In this document: positions 32,845-43,593 of the stretch, in pieces
Layout: each line of letters begins with the position of its first letter
How positions within the stretch are numbered: the first letter of the stretch is position 1
IMG/VR virus record: IMGVR_UViG_2840842423_000001
Location: 64,001-128,000 of that record
DNA length: 64,000 nt
From: a virus
Taxonomy: Duplodnaviria; Caudoviricetes
Strand: one strand, 5' to 3'
Translations under genes and position numbers: made by a program
Notes under the pieces: model-generated
Seen by the model: only the letters and a program-made list of their open reading frames with translations
Told to the model about the DNA's origin: nothing
Database searches by the model: none

Positions 32845-34182
32845 ATGGTACTTGAATCAGCCTCAAAAATGATGTTTTACCCTACTGACGAAAAAATCAT
32901 CTATCGCATGATTGGTGTACTAGGTAGACTTTCAGTAAGCGCAGAATCAAGAACATATCTTCAAGAATATCTAGGTAAAACTACATATCAGCAACAAATC
33001 CTCAAAGCCATGGACACTGGTGTAACTAATCCAATGACTATAATGTATGACTATCTACTCAACCAAGGTGATCTTGAAACCATACACAAATGTTTCAATG
33101 TAGCTTTTGGCTATTCGTCTAAGCAAACAATCACAATTGCAGATTTATTTGCAGGTGAAGGTAAATGGCTAGAACTATTCAAGTCAGCAATTCCACATGA
33201 AGAGTTGGGTGCAGCTAACTTACATCTCATAGCAAATGAATTAGAGACTAATCGTTATAATAAGATAAAGGATAATGAACTAATAGATGAGTCATACAAT
33301 GGTACGTTTGAGGAGTTTAATCAGCTACCACAAGGATCAATCTCATTGATGTTGTATAATCCTCCATACGGAGATACGAACCAACAACGCAACGTTAAGC
33401 ACTATCTACAGATGATTGTAGACGAGAAGTTACTATTCAATAGTAAAGGTAGCAACCATACAAATGATAATGGTAAAATTGTAATGGTCATTCGTAAAGA
33501 TGATGTATTGGATAGTTTGCCATTGATAGTTGAACACTTTCATGTAGAAAAAGAACATCTATATAAAGTAAACAAAGAAGAATATGCAAAGTATAAGCAG
33601 TTTGTCGTATATGCAGAATTAAGAAAGAATCCACTAAACAAAGGTAATGTAACTCAAGCTATGGTGTTGCAACAAGAAGTAAAAGAAATTAGTGATATTG
33701 TAAATAGTAATCCAGAGTTTAATGTTAAGATGTATGACATGAGAAGATTCTATATTCCAGAAGTACCATATAGTGAAATGAAACGTAATCATAAGGTTGT
33801 ATTGGAAGCTAATTATCATAACTCTAATTTGAATAATGATAATTGGAATTGGATTAAGGAAATGACTGAGGTTAAGGATATGGGAGAAAGCGTGATTATG
33901 AAGCCTACAAAAATAAAATCCGGTGAGCTGGCTAACATAATCGCTTCAGGGATGATTAATGGAGATATGGAAATCAACGGAAAAGGTAAGCATATAGTTG
34001 CCGGAGGTATGAAACAAAAAATACATGAGGAAGAAACAACTGAAGAGTTAGCAAACGGTGAAGAACAAGTTATAAAAAAGAAAATGCTATACTCAGAGCC
34101 ATATTTGAATGTATTGGTTAGTAAGAATGGAAAAGCTAAAGTTAAAGAGTTATCTGGCGGAACTGGAGGAGATTTAGAATGA
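32845..34182 (+). CDS. SAM-dependent N6-adenine methyltransferase-like protein (DUF6094 type)
   Basis: RBS AAGGGAG before ATG 32845; N-terminal KMMFYPT, motif I DLFAGEG, motif IV LYNPPY. Confidence 0.75.
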   Translation: MVLESASKMMFYPTDEKIIYRMIGVLGRLSVSAESRTYLQEYLGKTTYQQQILKAMDTGVTNPMTIMYDYLLNQGDLETIHKCFNVAFGYSSKQTITIADLFAGEGKWLELFKSAIPHEELGAANLHLIANELETNRYNKIKDNELIDESYNGTFEEFNQLPQGSISLMLYNPPYGDTNQQRNVKHYLQMIVDEKLLFNSKGSNHTNDNGKIVMVIRKDDVLDSLPLIVEHFHVEKEHLYKVNKEEYAKYKQFVVYAELRKNPLNKGNVTQAMVLQQEVKEISDIVNSNPEFNVKMYDMRRFYIPEVPYSEMKRNHKVVLEANYHNSNLNNDNWNWIKEMTEVKDMGESVIMKPTKIKSGELANIIASGMINGDMEINGKGKHIVAGGMKQKIHEEETTEELANGEEQVIKKKMLYSEPYLNVLVSKNGKAKVKELSGGTGGDLE

Positions 34183-36743
34183 GTAAGAAAATGATACCGT
34201 ATGTTGTTGCTGAGAGAAATCAAAATGTAGCTGAGGTTAGTGCAGATTTTTTAGTACTGCATAACTCAAGTTTAATACTCGGTTCTTTTGTAGATATATC
34301 TGGAAAAATAAAGAAGGCATTTGCCGATCTTATCCAAGGTAAATCAAGTATTACATTAAGAGATCGTTCTAATATCTTCTTTGAAAATAATATTCGCACT
34401 TTCGATGAAAAATTTAAATACAAATTAAATAAACATGACAGTAAAAATACTCATGGAGTCATTCATAATGTCAAACAAGAAAATTACGTGTTTGATTGGA
34501 ATGGTGAAGGATTAGTTAAATCACTAACAAAATATATGAGTAACAAACAATATCTACCTGTTACTGAAGATATAGTTGAGAAAGTATTAGCGAAACAAAC
34601 TGAATACTACTCAATAGTTGAAGAATGTGATATCTATAGTACACAAGAGGGATTGAGTAATGTAGGTGTATGGTATGTTAATTCAACGGCGTTTAAGCAA
34701 TCATTAGAACAAGTAGATATGGAAGTAGATGAGAGTTTTAATTGGGATGAGATTGAGGATATTTCAGATTACTTAGTTACGTTTGTTGACCCGATTAAGG
34801 AGAAGCTGAATAAGAATATTCGCGTATTATATGATGAGAATAAGATTGATGAGAAGATGTTCGAGGGTGAAAAGAAGCCCTATGACGGTCAGATTCCGTT
34901 GATTCAATCAGGCGTGCAAGTTTTACAGCAGAAGGATAGTAGATTTGTTTATTTGGCAGCAGAAATGGGAGTTGGAAAATCTTTCATTGCTTCAAAGATT
35001 AATCATCTATATCACCACGAAAAAGGCAAAAGTAATTATATTTCACTTATTGTCGCACCAGCTATTACTCTTACACAATGGGAAGATGAACTGAGAACAG
35101 CAATTGCTGAAGATATTGATGTAAAGATTATTAAGAACACCAACGAATTTATTCGTTTTCACACTCAAACAAAAATGAATGTAGATAAGCCTACATATCT
35201 ATTGGTAGGTAAAGAGACATTCAAATTGTCATATAAAGTAAGACATGGTGTTATTCCTGTTAAACGTACAATGACTATACAAGAAAAAACAGAATACGGA
35301 TGGACAAGAGATGTGGATAAAGAGATTGAAGTATGTTTATGTTCTGACTGTGGAAAACCATTGCAAAATCCTTTACGAAAAGACACAGTATTTTTCACCG
35401 AGAAAGATTTTAATACACCTAAGAAAAGCAATTACAAATGTTCTGAGTGTGGTGGCGTATTATTTCAAGCCGTATATGACAAAACAAAGAAGACAAGTAT
35501 CATCAACTACATGAAGAAAAAGAATATTAGACTGGACAGCGTGACAATAGACGAGATTCATGACGCAGGAAACGCACAGAGTCTCATTGGCGTTTCCTCC
35601 CGTGACGTTATGAAACGTGCCAAAAAAGTTATTTTATTATCTGGTACAGTATCTAATGGATATGCAAGCAGTGTATATAATGTTTTGTCTGCGTTGATTC
35701 CCAACCAATTAAAAAAAGATAATGTGTTTGATCAGGACAAATTTGTTAAAGCTTATGGGACTTTATTAGGGAAGACTAAAATTAAAGACAGTGATTTTTA
35801 TAAATCAAGTAGAATTGAGGTTAAAGACAGTTCTCTTCAGGAGATAGAAGGAATTAATCCAATTTTATACTCTCGATACTTAGCTTCATCGTATATCTTT
35901 ACGGAATTGAAAGATGTAGCCGGAAAACGATTACCTGAATTAAAAGAGGAGTATGTTGCCATAGATGTTCCTAAGGAATTGCAAATTAGCGAAAAACGAT
36001 TGATGGATGATATAGAAGGGGCAAGCGCATTTAATGCGAGTTTTTATAAGGATAGTGTAGTTAAACACTATGTTAATAATCCATTCAATTGGAAAGAGAT
36101 ACCTTTCATCTTTAAAGAAGGCTCTGAAAAGATGGATACGTTTGTACAGCCGACCAACCTTGAAAAACAAATATTGCCAAAGGAAAAGAAATTGGTTGAG
36201 ATTTGTAAACAAGAGAAAGAGAATGGGCGTAAAACTTGGGTGTATACTGAGTTCGTTACTAATGGAAAATATACAACAGGAATTAATATGCAGGATCGCT
36301 TGAAAACTATTTTAGAAAACTATGGATTAAGCGTCTATGTACTAAAGTCAAATGTGCCAACGATTAAGAGAGCCGAAGTAATTAATAAAGCCCAAAAGAG
36401 TGGAAAGTACGATGTTTTTCTTTCCCACCCACAGCTAATTTCAGTCGGTGTAAACTTGCAATGGTGTACCAACTATGTGTTCTATACGCCTAGTTACAAA
36501 GTTAATACAGTTAAACAATCATCTAAAAGAGGTTTACGTATAAATAGTATCGAGGACAACAAAATTTTTCACCTCTATGGGAGCACGGGTATTGAGGCTG
36601 AAATAATGGAACGTTATATTCTGAAGAAAATGGAATCAGATGCGCTAGAAGCTAAATATGATAAAAAGGAGACTGGTGTTAAACGTACAGCAAGTGGGCT
36701 TGGTGCTAAAATTGAAGAAAGTTTAAGCAAACAAGTAATGTAA
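34179..36743 (+). CDS. SNF2/SF2-like helicase with zinc-ribbon insertion
   Basis: Walker A AEMGVGKS, CSDC...CSEC, DEIH, LLSGT, GVNLQ, KQSSKRGLRI; overlaps the MTase stop (ATGA). Confidence 0.8.
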   Translation: MSKKMIPYVVAERNQNVAEVSADFLVLHNSSLILGSFVDISGKIKKAFADLIQGKSSITLRDRSNIFFENNIRTFDEKFKYKLNKHDSKNTHGVIHNVKQENYVFDWNGEGLVKSLTKYMSNKQYLPVTEDIVEKVLAKQTEYYSIVEECDIYSTQEGLSNVGVWYVNSTAFKQSLEQVDMEVDESFNWDEIEDISDYLVTFVDPIKEKLNKNIRVLYDENKIDEKMFEGEKKPYDGQIPLIQSGVQVLQQKDSRFVYLAAEMGVGKSFIASKINHLYHHEKGKSNYISLIVAPAITLTQWEDELRTAIAEDIDVKIIKNTNEFIRFHTQTKMNVDKPTYLLVGKETFKLSYKVRHGVIPVKRTMTIQEKTEYGWTRDVDKEIEVCLCSDCGKPLQNPLRKDTVFFTEKDFNTPKKSNYKCSECGGVLFQAVYDKTKKTSIINYMKKKNIRLDSVTIDEIHDAGNAQSLIGVSSRDVMKRAKKVILLSGTVSNGYASSVYNVLSALIPNQLKKDNVFDQDKFVKAYGTLLGKTKIKDSDFYKSSRIEVKDSSLQEIEGINPILYSRYLASSYIFTELKDVAGKRLPELKEEYVAIDVPKELQISEKRLMDDIEGASAFNASFYKDSVVKHYVNNPFNWKEIPFIFKEGSEKMDTFVQPTNLEKQILPKEKKLVEICKQEKENGRKTWVYTEFVTNGKYTTGINMQDRLKTILENYGLSVYVLKSNVPTIKRAEVINKAQKSGKYDVFLSHPQLISVGVNLQWCTNYVFYTPSYKVNTVKQSSKRGLRINSIEDNKIFHLYGSTGIEAEIMERYILKKMESDALEAKYDKKETGVKRTASGLGAKIEESLSKQVM

Positions 36744-36822
36744 TTTAGTAATACCAAAGAGCTAAAAATATTATATTCAGATAAATGAATTGACTTTGCG
36801 GATATATGTGGTAAGATAAGAA

Positions 36823-36878
36823 TAGTAGAGGTTGCGCTTTAAAAATCTATTCTCCTAGATTCGGCTTCCTCTACTATA
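36823..36878 (+). ncRNA. Candidate small RNA with anti-SD-like loop
   Basis: Promoter TTGACT(36790)-16-TG-TAAGAT; outer stem TAGTAGAGG/CCTCTACTA; inner hairpin AATCTA-TTCTCC-TAGATT. Confidence 0.4.
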
Positions 36879-36967
36879 ACATAAATAAGAATAAAAGAAA
36901 GTTTCAAAAAGCATTGACAATAGATAATTAATACTATATTATATCAATAAGGAGGAAATACACCAAA

Positions 36968-38356
36968 ATGAAAAAGTTAACCATGTCTCAGAAAATCGAA
37001 CAAGAGAAGACAAGGATCAGAAACGCAGGATACGAAAGTATCCCCATCAATTCAAAAAATGATTCTGTTGAGGATATTGAGTTAGGAACAATGTACATCA
37101 AAGAAAAGATGGATTATGGATTCCATATCTATTTTATTTATAATCCAGATTCAGGACACCCCTTAGCAGGTAAGAATGGGATACTAACAGAATTATACTA
37201 TGACTTAAGACACAAAGAATATTGGATTAAGCGCAATCTAAAGGATGTAAAATTTAGCGAAAGGAATATTGATACAATCTTTCCCAATTCCTATAAAGAT
37301 AGAGAAGAGATATTCACTAAACTATCCACCAAGCACAATCAAGGATTGTATACTAACGCATACAGATACCTTGGTGCTATGGGAGAGGAATATTCAAATC
37401 GTATCAGCAGATTTTTCTATAGATTAATAACACGACACAGCTACTTTGAAATTTTATATAAGGCTGGACTTAATTTAAATAGCAACCGATATTATTACTC
37501 TGATGTTATCAATCCAGATGAGACTTCACCACGAGGTATTCTAGGTGTATCTAAAACAAGATGGAAGATGATTTCTCGATATGGTATCTACCCAAGAGAC
37601 CTTAGAAACTTGGGTATAAACGATAAAGCAGATCAGAGAATGATTAACCTGTTGAGCTATGTTGCCAAGTTGGGAGAAAAATATGGGGTTGATAAATCAC
37701 AGACATTTTTCGATAATGAATCCGACTATACTTATGGGAGAAATATGTATCGATATGAATCATGTATAAAAACAAGTGAAGATTACAATCTCAGTGAGAA
37801 AAGGGTTATTGAATATGTATATTTTGAGTGTGAGACAACTCAAGGATTAAGCGAAAGACATTCTGTAGATACATACCACGACTATGTTCGTATGAATGTA
37901 GAAATGGACAATATTAATTTTGAACGTTATCCTAGATACTTAAGAACAATGCACGATATTGCAGCAATGAACTATAAGATCAATTTGGATGAAATTCAGA
38001 AAAAGAATTGGGAGAAAAAAGTTAAAGAACATAAAAAGTATGAATATAATTACAAAGGGTATAAGCTATTTCCTCCACAAGAACCGGAAGACTTAGTAAA
38101 AGAAGGTAACGCTTTATCACATTGCATTGGGAGTTATATAAGAAATGTTACCAATGGGAGTTCTACAATTTTATTCTTACGTAATAAGGAAGAAGTAGAC
38201 AAATCACTGGTGACAGTTGAATTGCGTGATGGAATGATTACCCAAGCAAGAGGGAAAATGAATCAAGATGTAACAGAAGAACAGAGTCGTGTACTAAGTT
38301 ATTTTGCAAAAAAGTTTGAATTAAAATATAAACCAATATATGAGGAGGCAATTTAA
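36968..38356 (+). CDS. PcfJ domain-containing protein
   Basis: YHDYVRM..YPRYLRTMHD..DLVKEGNALSHCIGSY..ILFLR..LVTVEL..QARG. Confidence 0.85.
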   Translation: MKKLTMSQKIEQEKTRIRNAGYESIPINSKNDSVEDIELGTMYIKEKMDYGFHIYFIYNPDSGHPLAGKNGILTELYYDLRHKEYWIKRNLKDVKFSERNIDTIFPNSYKDREEIFTKLSTKHNQGLYTNAYRYLGAMGEEYSNRISRFFYRLITRHSYFEILYKAGLNLNSNRYYYSDVINPDETSPRGILGVSKTRWKMISRYGIYPRDLRNLGINDKADQRMINLLSYVAKLGEKYGVDKSQTFFDNESDYTYGRNMYRYESCIKTSEDYNLSEKRVIEYVYFECETTQGLSERHSVDTYHDYVRMNVEMDNINFERYPRYLRTMHDIAAMNYKINLDEIQKKNWEKKVKEHKKYEYNYKGYKLFPPQEPEDLVKEGNALSHCIGSYIRNVTNGSSTILFLRNKEEVDKSLVTVELRDGMITQARGKMNQDVTEEQSRVLSYFAKKFELKYKPIYEEAI

Positions 38357-41300
38357 TATGAAACAAATGAAATGTACTAAAGACGTTGTTGTACAAGGTA
38401 GGACGGTGTTTGTTAAAGAGAAGGTTTATGATTTTGAAGCAGTGAAAACGAATGGTGTATCGGCTTATGAGGTAAATGGTGAAGGCGGAGTAGGTGTTAT
38501 TTCTAAAGATGATAAAATCTTGAAGAAGAATTTTGTTAAAGTGAAGAAGAAGTTGTTTAGAAAGTAAGTTGACAATAGCTAATAAATATTATATAATATA
38601 TACAGATAAATAAAACCAATCCACAGCACACAACAGAAAAGAGGTGAACATATGAAAATTTGGAGTTCTAACAACAAAAATCACAAACAAGACTTCACTG
38701 AACTACTTCGAGACGTATTAACAAACAAAGATACAGACAACTCTGACACGCCTCAGAAGTGTGACTATGTAACAGTAGTCGATAACGACACAGGTGCAGA
38801 AACAAGTGGCAGAATTGTCGACTACACCAAAGACAGTATTGTATTAAAAACAATCACAGAGTTTGATGCGCATAAGGTACATTTCAAATAACTTTACCAA
38901 GAGGTGAAAGAGGATTATTAATTTGTACACTGTATATTATCAAAGACCAGATGGACTAGTTTGCAGCATAGAAACAATAGGTAGATATGAAAATGAAGTG
39001 TTAGCACAGTTTGAAAGGTTTGACGACTATAATGTAATTTACATAATCGAGACTAATAAACTCATCTAATAAAGCTACGATTTTATTAGATAAAAAATAT
39101 TATACTGGAAGGAAGTTATACAATGGATGTTTACATAGTGCTTTATGAACACCACAAAGATGGGATAGTAGATGTGTTAGACGTTTACTCAGATGAAGAA
39201 AGAGCGAATAGACGAGTTAGATTTGAGAGAAGTGTGATTGAGTCCAATCCTGAAACATATTTTAGAAATGAGTGTTGGTATCAGGGAAGAGAGATTATAC
39301 CACCAGTACAATTAAACACGAATGCGATTATCAAGGAGTGAAGTTATGAGCACATGGATACCCATAACGTTATTTTATGCATTATTGTCTTTTGTGAACT
39401 TAATCTTAGCTGACGGTCAGGACAACAAATATTGGAAAATCGCACATGTAGTAGTTGCATTGTTTTGTCTAGGAATGTTTATAAGAAATGTTATTGTGTA
39501 TATTTGACAAAAATGCGACATAGAAAGGATGGAATTATGAGTAAATACAAATTAGCTTTTTCAATTGATATGCATGATTCAGATGGAGACACTTATGAGG
39601 AAGGAATCTTATTACACCTTGGAAATGGAGTTATTCTACATTTCAATAACTTAAAAGAATATGACAATTTTATTGATAGTATGCAAGGTATGCGGGATGA
39701 AATTAGAGAAAATCTGTAACGTTGTATTCCGACTTAAAGTAGACAAGAAAGGAGCGATCAATATTTGTAAACATGGTACACATACATACGTAAATATAAT
39801 CAATAAAGGGCAAAACAGAAGTAGTGTTCCTGTTGATGCTTGTATAGCCGAAGAGATCAGAGAACTTAATGACGCAGGAATTATAACATTAGGCTGTTGT
39901 TGTGGACATGGTAGGGCTGGACAACTTATTGAATGGGAGAATGGCTTCGGGAAGTGGAAAGGTTATTACGATCCACCTCATGCATTAATAAGAGCTGAGA
40001 GTGTTGTATTAGCTAAAGAAATGGGATATCAGCCCTATCCATATTATTATGCAGATGGTGTACATAATGATGTTTGGCAAATGCACTTAAAGACTGGATG
40101 CATCACAGAAGAAGATGTGAAAGAGTGGCATAAAACTGACAAAGGGGTTTATAACATTGAATCAAGAAATAATTATTAAACGTGAACAATATTATACTGA
40201 GACTGAGGAGAAGAATATTTCGAAATTACAAATGGAATTTAGGCATATGCATTTCAGTACTTACGATGCTTATAGAAACTATTTGCATGTTCGAGTAGGA
40301 GAGTATGACGATTTTAATTTTTATCTTGAAATGTCACCCCGTGAAGCTGAGAAGTTATTCTTGAAGTTAGCAGAAAAAGCAGGCAATGTAGAAAGAGGTT
40401 TTTGATTTGACGAGACAGGACGTAACAATATTGAAATACGACTATCAACTAATAGGTGGAAAATTAAAGGTTAAAGTGACAGATGTTGAAATGTGGGATA
40501 TTATAGCAATCCGAAGTGATGATGGAAAAGAAGATATTTTTCCATTGGGATATTTTCAGAAACATTTTAAAAAGATTGATAAGGAGTGAAAATGAATGTC
40601 AATAGGAACATTAATGTTAAATCTAATTACCATAATTATCTTATATTTACTTATCGCATTCTCATGGCAAGGTGCGGAGAGGTTAATTTACGGTAAAATC
40701 ACATCAAGAATTATAGATGATGTAGTTGCTATAATTCTAGCTGTATCAATATTCACCAATTTAAATTAAGACAAATAATAAATAGCCAAAAGGAGGAAAC
40801 CAAAATGACAATGAAAGTATACAAAATGAACAATATAGAAAACGTTGCAGCTAACTCAGCAGAGGAAGCCAAGCAATTCTATGCCGAGCTTTGCGGATAC
40901 ACATATGATGAAGTGCAAGAGGATTTTGAAGGTGAAGTTGATCTGCAAACTAAAATGTTAGTAGATGTGAAAGATTTACCAGATGATGTATTCATTAGAG
41001 TAAACAACTTAGAGTTTAAATATGGAACAGCTTGGGCATATATGACGTTCCAATGGGTATTAGAAAATGATCTATATGATGATAGTGAACCATTCGTAAT
41101 TAGCTCAACGGAGCACTAGAAGGAGATAACAATGAGTAAACAATATTATGTTTCTATAGTACGGGATCATGATGGCGGATGGAGATTAATTATGGATGGA
41201 TTGTGTATACATACATTCTATAGAAAGAGTAATGTTAAGGCATTCGTTGTAGAGATGATTGATACGAATAAGAATGTTGAGTTTGTTATTGAGGCTGATG

Positions 41301-41486
41301 ATTAGAATGACAGACTTAACTATTGTTCTAATCCTCTTGGTTGTTAATGTGATATCGGTATGTGTGATTGTAACAAGCGAAGAAAGAAAATATTCCAATA
41401 TTCATATTGATATACTTTTTGTAGTTATTATGAATACAATTGCAATAGTAATTATACTTGTGATTGTGTATTTGCTCAATGTATAA
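38357..41486 (+). CDS. Small hypothetical genes (38357-38567, 38652-38891, 39123-39341, 39346-39507, 39537-39719, 40157-40405, 40407-40589, 40805-41119 and small membrane ORFs)
   Basis: Co-oriented ORFs with RBS. Confidence 0.65.
39763..40179 (+). CDS. VDxCIA..EI..L...G..T..CC.GHG protein (TYW3-like motif), probable ATT start
   Basis: AAAGGAG 8 nt before in-frame ATT; paralog at 46901. Confidence 0.6.
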   Translation: MCKHGTHTYVNIINKGQNRSSVPVDACIAEEIRELNDAGIITLGCCCGHGRAGQLIEWENGFGKWKGYYDPPHALIRAESVVLAKEMGYQPYPYYYADGVHNDVWQMHLKTGCITEEDVKEWHKTDKGVYNIESRNNY

Positions 41487-41634
41487 GTTGCATGGGGGAT
41501 GTTTTGTAGTGGGACAGAAAGGTGAATAATAATTAAAATAGTTTGTGGATTAGGTTGACTATAAGTAATAAATATTATATAATGTATATAGATAGTAAAT
41601 AGGTTAAAATTATATTCTAAAAGGAGAATTAAAA

Positions 41635-41817
41635 ATGGATCAACAACCATCAAGCAGCGAATTTCTGTTTTGTTATAACCCAAAACTCTCAAAGCATTTA
41701 AGTAATTTGGGAATAAGGTACATAACGAAAGGAATTAGCCCAAAGGAAAAAAGGATATTCACTTTATACTACAAGAATAAGGAGTTACAGGAAGCACTAG
41801 ATAGCTACCAAGGATAA
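41635..41817 (+). CDS. Small DUF5659-like protein
   Basis: FCYNPKL..HL...GIRYI.KGI.P....FTLY...EL..AL pattern. Confidence 0.55.
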   Translation: MDQQPSSSEFLFCYNPKLSKHLSNLGIRYITKGISPKEKRIFTLYYKNKELQEALDSYQG

Positions 41818-41841
41818 AATTAAATTAAAGGAGATTCTAAT

Positions 41842-43335
41842 ATGAGAGTAACAGACAAAGTAACGGATTACAAAGATTGGCAACAAGGAGACTTAATTAC
41901 AATATCAGCCGGAACAGGCAAAGGAAAAAGTTATTTTGTAAAACATAGGCTATACGAACATGCCAAAGCAAACGGTAAAAAGATACTGTTTTTAGTGCAT
42001 AGGTTAAACTGTTTGAAACAATTTCAAATGGAGATTGAAGAAGATAACAAGACAGATGTAATAACATTGACTACATATCAAGCTATTGAACATAGAAAAA
42101 TCAAAAGAAGTAACAAAGAAAACATTGATCCTAGCACATATGATTATATAGTTTGCGATGAATTTCATTACTTCTTTAGCGACGCATCATTCAGTCGAAC
42201 AACAGACCTATCACTTGAATCAATCCTCGATGCCAGTAATAGTATTAGGATTTTTATGAGTGCAACAGGAGATTATGTGGAGAGATACTTAGAGAATTAC
42301 AGGAAGTTGAACATACGTCATAAATATGAATTGCAAACTGAATATGATTTCATTAAAACTTTAACATTATATAACAAAGCAGATGATCTAGAAAGTTTTG
42401 TTGAAGAGGCAATAAAAGGAAAATATAAATCAATTTTCTTTATCAATAACACAAAACTTGCTGTTGAATTACATAAAAAGTATAAGAAGCATTCTATGTT
42501 TAATTGTTCGCCACACAATAGTTCCTATAAACATGTTGATGAAGATAAAGTCAACAGTATGCTGAAAAATGAACGCTTTGAGGATTTAATTCTTTTTACG
42601 ACTAGTGTTCTAGACACAGGAGTAAGCATAAAAGACTCGGAAGTAACTAATATAGTCTGTCATAACTTTAGGGATGTTCGAGTATTAACGCAATGTATCG
42701 GCAGGAAAAGGCTTGTAGATGATAACGATCATTTACATTTAGTGTTAAGTAATTTGAACAATAAGCAATTAGGCGGCAGCAAAGGGAATATTAGGAAGAT
42801 GATAGAGAAAGCGAATTATCTTAGAGAATATGGTGTAGAAGATTACAATAAGAAATATTATCGTCAGGTTGATAAGACTAATATAATTTACGATGAGACA
42901 GATGAAAAATCAGCCAACAGAAAAGTAATTAAGAAAGTAAACGAATTAGCATACTTTAAGTGTCTTATTGACATAGAGGACATTAATTTGATGCTTACTA
43001 AAGGTAAATATGGTTATACAGAGTTTATCAAGGAGTGGTTCGATATGAGTAAGGTTTTCATTGAGACTGACGAAAGTTACAAAGAAAACTTGGAGTTTTA
43101 CTTGGATAGCATAGTTGACAAGAGATTATTTAAAGACGAACAGAAAGAGTTAATCAACAAGATTCTACTTAAAGATTCAAGAGGTAGACTTCAGAAAGGG
43201 ATAAGCACAATTAATGCTTATTTTAAAGAAAATAAGTTAAGGTATGAAATTGTGAGTAAAAGAACTAGCGAAAGAGTAGAAGGGAAAGTCAAATCTTTAA
43301 GATACTGGCAGGTGATAGGCGATATTGACATATAA
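41842..43335 (+). CDS. DEAD/DEAH-box SF2 helicase
   Basis: AGTGKGKS, CDEFH, MSAT, TTSVLDTGVSI, QCIGRKR. Confidence 0.85.
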   Translation: MRVTDKVTDYKDWQQGDLITISAGTGKGKSYFVKHRLYEHAKANGKKILFLVHRLNCLKQFQMEIEEDNKTDVITLTTYQAIEHRKIKRSNKENIDPSTYDYIVCDEFHYFFSDASFSRTTDLSLESILDASNSIRIFMSATGDYVERYLENYRKLNIRHKYELQTEYDFIKTLTLYNKADDLESFVEEAIKGKYKSIFFINNTKLAVELHKKYKKHSMFNCSPHNSSYKHVDEDKVNSMLKNERFEDLILFTTSVLDTGVSIKDSEVTNIVCHNFRDVRVLTQCIGRKRLVDDNDHLHLVLSNLNNKQLGGSKGNIRKMIEKANYLREYGVEDYNKKYYRQVDKTNIIYDETDEKSANRKVIKKVNELAYFKCLIDIEDINLMLTKGKYGYTEFIKEWFDMSKVFIETDESYKENLEFYLDSIVDKRLFKDEQKELINKILLKDSRGRLQKGISTINAYFKENKLRYEIVSKRTSERVEGKVKSLRYWQVIGDIDI

Positions 43336-43593
43336 TCTCGTATGTCAAAAATAGGAATAAGCTATTAATAAGGATAATCCATTTATTAGCATACACAGAT
43401 CAGCAAAGAAAAGCGTTTGCCGATCTTTTCTCTACGCTACCTGTTAGGTAGCTAGGAGAGATATTGTTTTATGGATAGAGAAATCATTCCATCTATACCT
43501 CTAAAGGTTTTACATTTAGGGAAAGAAGTGGAATGTTTTTGAAAATCTTTCTTACTAGAAGTGGTTGGTCAAATTATGAGAGAAGGTGAACAA

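Noticed and set aside
36823-36890. Lysine or preQ1 riboswitch (AGTAGAGGTTGCG start)
   Set aside because: Far too short for a lysine aptamer, lacks the preQ1 loop and tail consensus, and the downstream gene has its own promoter
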